Virus record (IMG/VR): IMGVR_UViG_3300035180_002703
Span: 10,465-74,464 of that record
From: a virus
Length of the DNA stretch: 64,000 nt
Strand: one strand, 5' to 3'
Shown here: piece by piece, positions 46,423 through 55,038 of the stretch
Layout of the letters: every line of letters begins with the position of its first letter
Position numbering within the stretch: the first letter of the stretch is position 1
Made by a program: the position numbers and the translations under genes
The notes under the pieces: generated by a model
What the model saw: only the letters and a program-made list of their open reading frames with translations
Told to the model about the DNA's origin: nothing
The model's database searches: none

Positions 46423-47259
46423 ATGCCGCGGACTAAGGGAGCGAAGGCGGGGGGTGACGATTCGAACGTCGCGCCGGTACGGACTACGAAGGGTCCGCCT
46501 ACTATGCGTGGCGCGCGGGAGATTGGGCAGCTAGTAACGGAGGAAGACGCGGCGGCCATTCGTGCGCAAGCGGAGGAGTATAATCGTGCGTCTGAGGAAC
46601 GAGAGTCGCTCGAAGTTGGAAAGGGGATACTCCCTCGGCGTCGCAAGGCGATAGTTCCTCGGCGTGCGAGGCCGAAGGGAGAGCTTGCGCCACTTCTTCC
46701 GCAGCAGGAGTTATTCGTCAAGGAGTATCTGACGCGTGCGCATAGAAGCGCGGCGGTTGCGGCGCGGCTTGCGGGGTATGGCAGGGATAAAGACGTCCAT
46801 AAAGTGATGGGCTATAAGCTAGTCCATCAGCCCAATATCAAGAATGCCATTGCGCGTGCGTTAGAAGCGACTCGGATGGAGGTCGAGGAGGCCATGTCGC
46901 GGCTTGGGGCTGCGGCGCGCGGGGTTGGTGCGTATCTACGCGCGGACGAAACCGGGTATTTGACGTTGGACGTGAAGCAGATGCTCGAAGACGGCAACGG
47001 TGATTTGATTGTTGAGATATCGGATAACGGGCGGGGTCAGACGGTGAAATTTGCGAATCCGCAGGAGGCTCAGAAGTTCATTGCGTCTGTTGGTATGAAA
47101 GTTGAGACGGGGTTTGGCGCGAAGAACGTTCAGCCTACTGCGCGGGTGGATGTTGACTTGAACGTAGTATTCAAGAGCGTGGCGGACATTTTGACGGAGC
47201 GTGCGGGGTTGACGATCGACGCGGAGAAATCGCCCAATGAATATACCGACGTCGATTGA
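46423..47259 (+). CDS. terS: terminase small subunit
   Basis: QELFVKEYL...AARLAGY...PNIKNAI; overlaps the TerL start. Confidence 0.8.
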   Translation: MPRTKGAKAGGDDSNVAPVRTTKGPPTMRGAREIGQLVTEEDAAAIRAQAEEYNRASEERESLEVGKGILPRRRKAIVPRRARPKGELAPLLPQQELFVKEYLTRAHRSAAVAARLAGYGRDKDVHKVMGYKLVHQPNIKNAIARALEATRMEVEEAMSRLGAAARGVGAYLRADETGYLTLDVKQMLEDGNGDLIVEISDNGRGQTVKFANPQEAQKFIASVGMKVETGFGAKNVQPTARVDVDLNVVFKSVADILTERAGLTIDAEKSPNEYTDVD

Positions 47260-49132
47260 TCCTCTTTCCGCGGAGCGGATACAAGCGGCCATTGATGCGT
47301 TGAAGGCGCAGGGCAAGGACCCGACGCTAGAGTTGAACACTGCGATGCAGGAGGCGCAGCAGAAGGCCTTTCGAGTATGGCGAGATGGCAGTCCTCCGAT
47401 GTCGCTTGGTCCGTTTGCGTATCGGGTTGCGGGGTTCAACCTATCGGCGCGTCAGGAGGCGGCGTTTCGTGGCGCGGGGTTATGGTATCCGCAGGATGTG
47501 ATATCGCCCGACAGGCGTGTTCAGGAGGTTGTGCTAGCGTTTGGCAAGGGCAGCGGCAAGGACCGTATCGCGAGCATATTCATTGCCTACATGGCGTACT
47601 TGGTGCTTCACTTGGCGGGTGATCCTGCGATCTACTATGGTCTTGCGCCAAAGACGCCATTGCACATCCTGAACGTCGCGCCGTCGGAGGACTTGGCGCG
47701 GCGTGTTTTCTTTGCCTACCTGAAGCAGGATATCGGGAGTGATTTGTTTGCGCCGTTCATTACGAATCCGAAGATGCAGATACTGTCGGACGAAATCCGG
47801 TTTCCAGATGTTGGGTTGTACTTGTACTCGGCGCATTCCAACTCGAAGGGTATGGATGGGTACAACCTATTGGCATGGATCATGGACGAAGCCGATGACT
47901 TCCTCGATAACGAGAAGCGGAGCAATGCGGATATCGTCCACAACATCCTGCGGTCTTCTGCCAACACCCGTTTGCGGAACCGTTGGGTTGGAATGGTTAT
48001 CAGCTACATGCGGTATGCGGAGGGGTTTGTAGACCGCGTATACCGTCGTGGCAAGGGCGACCCGACGTTCTTTGTTGACAAGGCGGCGACGTGGGAGGTG
48101 CGCGAGGATGTAAGTCGTGACGATCCGGGCATTGCGTCCGACTACGCGAACGACCCGGCGGATGCGGCGGCGCGGTACGAGTGTAGGCCGCTTCAGATTG
48201 CGGATGCGTTCTTCGAGATGCCGGAGAAGATCGACGCGGCTGTTGATAACGAGCGGTTTCCGTGCATTGACGTGGTGACGAACGAGATCATACGGTCGGA
48301 GCGTCCGGACGGATCGGTGATTGAGACGATAGGTGGGGGTTTACTGAGTTCCCACCCAAAGCCTGGGGCGACATACTTTCTAGCGGGTGATGGCGGGCTT
48401 TCGGGCGACTCCTTTGCCATTGCATTGTTCCGTGTTGACGCGCAGGAGAGGGGCGCGGAGTGGCTATGCCCGGATTGCACGCGGTTCGGGACTGATCAGG
48501 AGGTGCTCGGTGTAGCGCACTACGAGATCATGCCGCCGTATTCTCGTGCGGAGGAGGATGCTTACTGCGGCGTGTGTGGGATGGCGATCACCGAGCGTGA
48601 ATACGGCACGTTACGATGCGACGGGTGGGCGCACAAGGTAATGGGCGAGCGCAAGTCGGTGCTTGTGAACGGTCGTCCTGTGACGTTGCCACAGGTGATT
48701 GAGGAGGGTCTGTTGGAGTTCAGGCCGGAGCGTGCGTCTCGGGTTGGGCAGGTCAACCGGCCCGTAAACTTCGCGTCGGTTCAGAATGTGTGCCGAGACA
48801 TTATCCAGTCGTGCGCTGTGGTACAGGCTCGGTTTGACCCCTGGAACACTGCGCAGATGGTGCAGGGGTTGCAGGGCGTTTGCGATGTAGACGTTATTCA
48901 GTTCTCACAACCGGAGCAATACCGTCGGGCGCGGGTTGTCAAGGCGATGTTGTATGCAGGGTTGATTTCTTTGTTGCCGAATGAGAAAAGGGACAAGGAA
49001 TGGAAGCGTCTACAGCGAAATAAGGAGCGTATCGATCACCCCGAGGGAGGGTCCAAGGATTTGTACGATGCGGAGTCTGTTGCCATATGGTTGGCTGCCC
49101 GATGGGCATGTGGCGCGCTAGAGGTGGTCTAA
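47237..49132 (+). CDS. terL: terminase large subunit
   Basis: GKGSGKD Walker A, IMDEAD Walker B, FDPWN, IDHP..GSKDLYDA. Confidence 0.9.
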   Translation: MNIPTSIDPLSAERIQAAIDALKAQGKDPTLELNTAMQEAQQKAFRVWRDGSPPMSLGPFAYRVAGFNLSARQEAAFRGAGLWYPQDVISPDRRVQEVVLAFGKGSGKDRIASIFIAYMAYLVLHLAGDPAIYYGLAPKTPLHILNVAPSEDLARRVFFAYLKQDIGSDLFAPFITNPKMQILSDEIRFPDVGLYLYSAHSNSKGMDGYNLLAWIMDEADDFLDNEKRSNADIVHNILRSSANTRLRNRWVGMVISYMRYAEGFVDRVYRRGKGDPTFFVDKAATWEVREDVSRDDPGIASDYANDPADAAARYECRPLQIADAFFEMPEKIDAAVDNERFPCIDVVTNEIIRSERPDGSVIETIGGGLLSSHPKPGATYFLAGDGGLSGDSFAIALFRVDAQERGAEWLCPDCTRFGTDQEVLGVAHYEIMPPYSRAEEDAYCGVCGMAITEREYGTLRCDGWAHKVMGERKSVLVNGRPVTLPQVIEEGLLEFRPERASRVGQVNRPVNFASVQNVCRDIIQSCAVVQARFDPWNTAQMVQGLQGVCDVDVIQFSQPEQYRRARVVKAMLYAGLISLLPNEKRDKEWKRLQRNKERIDHPEGGSKDLYDAESVAIWLAARWACGALEVV

Positions 49133-49758
49133 TGACAGAGGAAGAGTTTAGACGGACCTTCGACCCGTTACGCTCCTATGCGCTTCATCTCGCTCGTGCT
49201 ATGAGTTGTTCGGCTGATGAAGCGGAGGACGTGGCGCAGGACGCTATGGTAAGGGCATACAATCATCGGGACGAATACGACCCGATGCGGCCCGCCCGTG
49301 CCTGGTTTACGGTGATTGTGCGACACATTGTGATCGACCATCATCGCAGGGCTGCGCACCGGGAGCACGTTGTGGAGGTTGCGCGTGACGCGTACCCTGT
49401 AGTGACGCGCGATCCGTCGTGTGATTTGGCGATACTGGGCATATTAGCGGATGCCGCGGCGCGTGCGAGTTGTGGTGCAATGGACATAGACGCTGCGATC
49501 ATGGCGCATGTGCAGGGGTACACGTACAAGGAGATTGCGCGCGAGCTGTCGATGGAGGGGAGATTTGTAAGCGTTGCCCAGGCAAAGAGATTGGCGCGCG
49601 TAGGTCTCGACCGATTGAAATCGGAGCTACTTCGCGCGGGTAGTGGGGTTCCGAGCAATGACACCAGGTCCCGCAGACGCCGATGCCGTAGCAGAGACAT
49701 GAGGATTGAGATTGAGAGTGAGGATTGCCAGGGATCGCTTCCATTTCTGATTGACTAG
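49132..49758 (+). CDS. ECF-type RNA polymerase sigma factor
   Basis: AEDVAQDAMVRAY...WF..IVR...ID..R (region 2); GYTYKEIA (region 4). Confidence 0.88.
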   Translation: MTEEEFRRTFDPLRSYALHLARAMSCSADEAEDVAQDAMVRAYNHRDEYDPMRPARAWFTVIVRHIVIDHHRRAAHREHVVEVARDAYPVVTRDPSCDLAILGILADAAARASCGAMDIDAAIMAHVQGYTYKEIARELSMEGRFVSVAQAKRLARVGLDRLKSELLRAGSGVPSNDTRSRRRRCRSRDMRIEIESEDCQGSLPFLID

Positions 49759-49779
49759 AAGGCTTGGCTGGGATATAAT
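49751..49779 (+). promoter_or_regulatory. sigma70 promoter of moron 1
   Basis: TTGACT-17-TATAAT. Confidence 0.8.
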
Positions 49780-49889
49780 AAAGGCGCGATCGTGTATCGT
49801 GGGAGGGGACCGGGTTGGAGATACGGCGGTCTTGGACGAACATGGCGGCCAGTTATTGTGTTGAGAACGTAGATAAGGAGGGGGGAGCT

Positions 49890-50645
49890 ATGCCTGGAGT
49901 ATTTGTGCCAGAAGGCATTGATGAAGTTCTGAGGTCCCATAAGAGGTGGTTGAGCGGTAGAGGTGGAGGGGAGCGAGCCAACCTGTCTGGGGTCGATTTG
50001 TCGCACATCAGGTTTGGGGATGTGAAGCTGAAGGACGCTAACCTGGCAGAGGCCAACCTTGATGAAGCGTGGTTGGTTGGTGCTGATCTGTGTGGTGCCA
50101 ACCTTTCCGGTGCGAGCATGAAGTGTACGACGTTGAGCAACGCGTCACTTCGCGGGGCTAATCTGACGAACTCGGATTTGTTTGACGCGGACCTGAGGTC
50201 TGCCGATCTAACCGGGGCGAATCTGTCCGGCGCGATGTTGAGCCGGACGCAACTGAAGAATGCTATATGCGATAATGTGATTGCTGCTGGGATGTCGCTT
50301 GTTTACGTCAAGGGAGCGCCCGAATCGTTGCGCGCATGGTCGTCCATCGTGCCAGAGACTGGCTCATTCGAGCTGTGGAAGCGATGCCGCGATGGTGTGA
50401 TAGTAAGGCTGTTGGTCCCAGAGGATGCGAAGCGAACGAACGCGGCAAGACGTGCTGTGCGGGTATCCAAGGCTATTGTTCTGGAAGTAATTGGTGCCGA
50501 TGAAGCTCGCAGCTTGTATTCGAATGATGTTGTCTATCGCGTTGGTGAAACGGTCGAGCCGGAGGACGAATACGAGGACGATTGGACAATGAGCTGTGCG
50601 TCGGGCATCTACGGGTACTTGACACGGCTAGAGGCAGAAGCGTAG
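49890..50645 (+). CDS. pentapeptide repeat protein with DUF5758-like C-terminus
   Basis: ANLSGA repeats; WKRC...VRLLVPEDAKR. Confidence 0.9.
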   Translation: MPGVFVPEGIDEVLRSHKRWLSGRGGGERANLSGVDLSHIRFGDVKLKDANLAEANLDEAWLVGADLCGANLSGASMKCTTLSNASLRGANLTNSDLFDADLRSADLTGANLSGAMLSRTQLKNAICDNVIAAGMSLVYVKGAPESLRAWSSIVPETGSFELWKRCRDGVIVRLLVPEDAKRTNAARRAVRVSKAIVLEVIGADEARSLYSNDVVYRVGETVEPEDEYEDDWTMSCASGIYGYLTRLEAEA

Positions 50646-50701
50646 TACGGCACGGCGATTTGGCCGCATGAAGTGGCGTGTGGCCCGCCACTGAGCGAGA
50701 T

Positions 50702-50756
50702 GGCTCCAATCCGCCAGGCAGAGTTCCCGGCGGGCTGGAGCCGTTATCGCTTGTTT
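50702..50756 (+). terminator. terminator-like hairpin of moron 1
   Basis: GGCTCC...GGAGCC long hairpin plus T-rich tail; homologous to 53815. Confidence 0.55.
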
Positions 50757-50769
50757 GGAGGATACTGAG

Positions 50770-52605
50770 GTGATGACCTTCGGCATTGATTCCGGCCCTG
50801 TTGGCGAGGCTATTTCCAACGCATTGCAGTCTTTTCGCCCTAGTTTGTGGGATCGATTGCGCGGGTCCGACCACTTGCGCGGTCTTGCATTGGAACACAT
50901 GGCGAAGGCGTATGTGAGCGCCGAAAAGCGCACGCTGGAGGCTGCAGAGCAGGGCGCAGTTGTTGCACAGACGCTAATGCTTGGTGGGCGATATGGAACC
51001 ATGCAGGGCGTGCAGGATAAGACGGAGGCCACATGCTCAGCATTGCGGCTGTATGCGCGTCAATGCGAGGCGGTTGCTGCCATTCGCCAATGCAGGGTTT
51101 CTCAGATCGCGCCTTTCGCTAGCCGTCCGGAGATCGATCATGGGATGCCTAAGGGGCCCGGGTTCCGCGTTCGGATGACAAGCCGATCTCATGAAGCAAC
51201 CCCAGAAGATCGGCACAACATCGAGCGTTTGGAGCAGATGATCGAGGAATGCGGGTTTGTAGAGCCGCCGGAGGACGAACGTCCGATAACCTACCAGCGA
51301 GGGTTCGAGCCATTCCTTCGCATGGTTATCGACGATAGGTTGACGTTGGGCTGGTTCGCCGTGAGGATGTGGAGCGACAAAGAAGACCCGCACCGGTTCC
51401 CCGTTGTTAGTTTCCAGGCTTGGGACGCAGGAAGAATCCAGCACGCTCGTGGTTGGGTTGACAAGGTAAAACGCGGGGTGCCTGTGCATACGCCCCCCGT
51501 GGATATGCGCGAGGACCCACATGGGCGAGTGCGATATGTGGAGGTCGGCGAGGGCTCGTCTACCGGCAGCGTGATTGCTCAATACACGGACAAGCAAATG
51601 GCGATGTGGATCGGGCAGCCTCGCACTGATACTCGCCTCAACGGGTATGGGCTAGGTGAATGTGAGTTGGCGATGTCCTCCGCGGCGTCGTGGGTATATG
51701 CGAGGCAGTACAATTCGCTTCGCTTCCGCCGAGATAGTCTGCCCAGAGGCTTCCTGACTGTGTTTGGCAATGTGGACGAACACGCATTGCAGCGCATCCG
51801 GCTTTCGTTTGCTCAGCAGGGCACTGGGGTGGATAATTCGCGGAGCTTCCCGATTGTGCACGGAACGCCCCAGACGGGGTCGTCCATTCAATGGACGCCG
51901 ATCGACATGTCCTCAAGAGACATGGAATACACCCAGTTCTTTTACACGTTGGGAGTGATCATCCACGCGTTGTTCCAGATTCACCCAGACGAAACCGGGT
52001 TTGCCAGCGCGTCCCCGTTCCGTGCCGCTCTGTCCGAACCTTCTCCGGAGTCACAGCTCAAATGGTCTCAGGACAGAGGGCTGAACGACCTTCTGCGGAG
52101 CGTCGCGTCGTTTATGAACCGGCAGATCGTCTGGCGTCTCTATCCAGATCGTCGGTACTCGTTCGAGTTTGTTGGGCTGGGTGATTATGATCGAATGCAG
52201 CGTGTCGAGTATTACGCTCAGATGCTGGCAACTGGCATGATTACTCCACGCGATGTGTGGGCGGAGCTTGACCAGCCGCTCCCAGAGGGCCTTGAGGATC
52301 ACCCAGCATGGGACTTGCCGATGCCGTTTGCTCAGGGGCTTCAGTATGTTGACTCTCAGCGGCAGCAGGCGATTGCGGAACAGCAGCAGCAACAGCAGCA
52401 GGCCCAGGGGCAGGAGGCGCACCAGGCGAGCATGGACGCCCATCGCATGCAGATGATGGCGCAAAGCGGCCAGCAGCAGATGGAGGGTGGTGAAGAGGGA
52501 GATGAAGAGAACGGGCAGGTCGATAGGTCTGCGGGTTATTCTATGCAGAAAGCGTTGGCAGACATACCGATCTATCTAGAGCCGCTATTGGGGCGGCACG
52601 CGTAA
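50770..52605 (+). CDS. portal protein (SPO1/Twort-like)
   Basis: PRTD...GYGLGECE, PRGFL, RDMEY, HPDETGF, SQDRGL..LL. Confidence 0.88.
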   Translation: MMTFGIDSGPVGEAISNALQSFRPSLWDRLRGSDHLRGLALEHMAKAYVSAEKRTLEAAEQGAVVAQTLMLGGRYGTMQGVQDKTEATCSALRLYARQCEAVAAIRQCRVSQIAPFASRPEIDHGMPKGPGFRVRMTSRSHEATPEDRHNIERLEQMIEECGFVEPPEDERPITYQRGFEPFLRMVIDDRLTLGWFAVRMWSDKEDPHRFPVVSFQAWDAGRIQHARGWVDKVKRGVPVHTPPVDMREDPHGRVRYVEVGEGSSTGSVIAQYTDKQMAMWIGQPRTDTRLNGYGLGECELAMSSAASWVYARQYNSLRFRRDSLPRGFLTVFGNVDEHALQRIRLSFAQQGTGVDNSRSFPIVHGTPQTGSSIQWTPIDMSSRDMEYTQFFYTLGVIIHALFQIHPDETGFASASPFRAALSEPSPESQLKWSQDRGLNDLLRSVASFMNRQIVWRLYPDRRYSFEFVGLGDYDRMQRVEYYAQMLATGMITPRDVWAELDQPLPEGLEDHPAWDLPMPFAQGLQYVDSQRQQAIAEQQQQQQQAQGQEAHQASMDAHRMQMMAQSGQQQMEGGEEGDEENGQVDRSAGYSMQKALADIPIYLEPLLGRHA

Positions 52606-52615
52606 TACAAGCATC

Positions 52616-52632
52616 TTCCCGCAGTGCGGGAA
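52616..52632. promoter_or_regulatory. palindrome TTCCCGCAGTGCGGGAA, copy 3
   Basis: Same core as 4829 and 29806. Confidence 0.6.
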
Positions 52633-52659
52633 CGTGCCCAAGGATAAAAGGAGATTCCA

Positions 52660-52938
52660 ATGGGAGCAGTGCCATTCCACCCAAGCCGCAACAATCACCC
52701 GACGGCTCCATCTACACAGTGGGAGCTGGTCGATCTTTCCGGTGGTGATTGGATTCCACAGAACTTCGTACCGAGATATCTGTTTATCGGAGGCGCTGGG
52801 AACTTGAGCGTGTGCGACCAAAACGGCGGGTCTGTGCTGACTGCATATCCGGTGCAGGCGGGGTGGATGTTGCCGCTCGCTGTGGGCAGGGTCGTTGCTG
52901 CCACAACGACTGCAACAAACATCCTCGCGCTGAAGTAG
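52660..52938 (+). CDS. head spike base-like protein (RcGTA Rcc01079-like)
   Basis: RYLFIGGAGNLSV...LPL.V.RV.A.TTATNILAL. Confidence 0.65.
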   Translation: MGAVPFHPSRNNHPTAPSTQWELVDLSGGDWIPQNFVPRYLFIGGAGNLSVCDQNGGSVLTAYPVQAGWMLPLAVGRVVAATTTATNILALK

Positions 52939-53004
52939 CCGCATTCCATTTATTGCCCGGCGGTGTATAATAAGTGCGACGGGCAATCACTAGAGGAGGG
53001 GGAA

Positions 53005-53760
53005 ATGGACTCGGACGATGTGCAAAAAGCTTTGGAGCAGCACGATCTGTGGCTGCACAACGGAGTTGGGGGACGTCGCGCGAACCTGGCTGGAGCATGC
53101 CTGTCGGATATGTTCCTGATGCAGGTCAATCTGAGGGGCGCTAACCTCGCCGGAGCGAGTTTCTCGGGCGCGATCTTGAATGGGGCTGACTTGTCGTATG
53201 CGAACCTCGCGGATGCGGACTTTCAGCATGCCAAGATGGGGCGGGCCACTCTGGCCGGGGCTATCCTGGCACGAGCCAATTTCGCTGATGCTGACCTATC
53301 GGATGCTAATCTGAACCAGGCAAACCTGGCTGGGGCCAGCTTCAAGCGTGCTCAGTTGACGCACGTCACATGCTGGGGCGTGATTATGGCGAACGTCAAT
53401 CTTGAGCACGCAGCCGATATCCCGGAGCACATGCGGATTTTGTCTTCTATTGTGCCGCCAGATGGCCCGTTCGAGATGTGGCAACGATGTGCCAACAACG
53501 TTTACGTGCGGTTCAGGGTCCCCAGCGATGCAAAGCGAACAAACGGTGGATCGCGCCGCATTCGGGTATCCAAGGCGTTGGTCACGAAGATCGTTAGCGA
53601 TACCGACGCCACAGAAGCCCGAAGCTTGTATGATGACAAAGTGTGCTATCACCTAGGTGATATTGTCGATCCGGCTGATGGCTATGATGATGACTGGACG
53701 TCGTGGCTTGGGCGTGGGATTTACGGGTATTTGACGCGAGAGGAAGCCGCGTTGATGTAG
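53005..53760 (+). CDS. pentapeptide repeat protein with DUF5758-like C-terminus
   Basis: ANLAGA repeats; TATAAT at 52966 upstream. Confidence 0.9.
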   Translation: MDSDDVQKALEQHDLWLHNGVGGRRANLAGACLSDMFLMQVNLRGANLAGASFSGAILNGADLSYANLADADFQHAKMGRATLAGAILARANFADADLSDANLNQANLAGASFKRAQLTHVTCWGVIMANVNLEHAADIPEHMRILSSIVPPDGPFEMWQRCANNVYVRFRVPSDAKRTNGGSRRIRVSKALVTKIVSDTDATEARSLYDDKVCYHLGDIVDPADGYDDDWTSWLGRGIYGYLTREEAALM

Positions 53761-53814
53761 CTCGCGATGATGACTTGGCCGATGTAGTGCGGCGTGCGAC
53801 CCGCTATTGAGCTG

Positions 53815-53868
53815 GCGGCTCCAATCCGACGGGCAATGTTCCGTCGGGGAGGGGCCGCTTTCGTTTGT
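53815..53868 (+). terminator. terminator of moron 2
   Basis: GCGGCTCC...GGGGCCGC followed by TTTCGTTT. Confidence 0.65.
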
Positions 53869-53881
53869 GTGAAGGAGTGAA

Positions 53882-54616
53882 TTGGTGCGCAGACAGGCTC
53901 CGAGGGGTGGTATCGGCAGGTATAGGGGCGGTCAGTTTATAGATACGGCCACGTTGCGATTGCAGTCTCAAGACGCCGTATCCAGCATGGGCAGGATATT
54001 AGAGGACTTCGGCGTCAGGTTGCAGTTCTTGCGTGCGGTTTATGAGCAGAACGCAGCGCTTCGAATGGTGCGAGACCTGCCAATCACCCCAATGCCATTG
54101 TCTACAATCGAGTACCAGATGAAAGCCACGATACGTGACGTCTATGAGCGCGCGTTTCTGGCTGGAAAGCGTTCCGCTGGGAACCTCTTTGGCATTACTC
54201 CGGACGAAGCGAAAGCGATTCGTAGAGCGCGGCTCGATGAATACAAGTGGCTGAGGAAGTTCCTGGCAGACATCCGCGGCGGTGGTGGCCGGATTAGATA
54301 CCAGGATCGAATGGACTATTATCGTGGCGCGGCGCGCGAGATATTCTGGCTTGGATGGGTCTTGGCTGATACCAGGCCAAGCAGGAAGATAACTTGGCAT
54401 TGGGGCGATACGGTCGATCACTGCTCTGATTGTCGAGGATATGCCAATCATGGGCCATACACAGTGGCCGACTTTCGCAGGAATGTGATGTCCCGAGGCC
54501 ATCTGCCCCAATCTGGGGCGCTCGAATGTATGGGGTATAGCTGCCGGTGTTGGTTGTCGGACAACTATGGCCTGTTGGGTAAGGATAATGCAGCACAACT
54601 AGGGGGGCGAGGATGA
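53882..54616 (+). CDS. MuF-like minor head protein
   Basis: W......HCSDC....GPY...LP.SG..EC...CRC; follows the portal. Confidence 0.6.
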   Translation: MVRRQAPRGGIGRYRGGQFIDTATLRLQSQDAVSSMGRILEDFGVRLQFLRAVYEQNAALRMVRDLPITPMPLSTIEYQMKATIRDVYERAFLAGKRSAGNLFGITPDEAKAIRRARLDEYKWLRKFLADIRGGGGRIRYQDRMDYYRGAAREIFWLGWVLADTRPSRKITWHWGDTVDHCSDCRGYANHGPYTVADFRRNVMSRGHLPQSGALECMGYSCRCWLSDNYGLLGKDNAAQLGGRG

Positions 54617-54780
54617 AGCTTAGGCGGTGGTTGCGACAGGCATTGGTACGTAGCACGTGGCATTTAGCTCGGCGCTATGGGGTGCGATGGACCGTACGGT
54701 ACCTTTGGCTGGGCTGGAAGCTGGGTTGGGCAGGAGAGGAGGAATCGCAGCGGTTTCTCTCGCGTGCGCTTGGAAGATAG
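54613..54780 (+). CDS. small basic hypothetical protein (55 aa)
   Basis: ATGA coupling; MKLRRWLRQALVRS. Confidence 0.45.
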   Translation: MKLRRWLRQALVRSTWHLARRYGVRWTVRYLWLGWKLGWAGEEESQRFLSRALGR

Positions 54781-55038
54781 AAAAGATGGCACTATTTATC
54801 GCCCATGACAAGCGTACATATTGTGACACCTGCAGCCTAGTCGAGTAGGGAGTGATAGCAACCCGTCCGGGATGAGCGGCTCGAACCCGCCCCGGGTAGA
54901 CAGATGCCCTCGCTGGTGCGTTTCTGGTAGCTTGTGCGGCTTCCGCCATGTACATGGCGGAGTAAACCAGCCTGCAGGTGTTCTTTGTTTGAGTATTAGT
55001 CAGTCAACGGAGCCCGCTTCAGATGGGCGGCTGGGGCA

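Noticed and set aside
48440-48710. Intein in TerL
   Set aside because: No C/S start with HN-C/S/T end and no endonuclease motifs
50660-50700. HDV-like ribozyme
   Set aside because: No P3/P1.1 or catalytic J4/2 segment; only two competing helices
54855-54895. tRNA on the minus strand (GGTTCGAG)
   Set aside because: T-stem is imperfect and I cannot build a D arm, anticodon arm or acceptor stem
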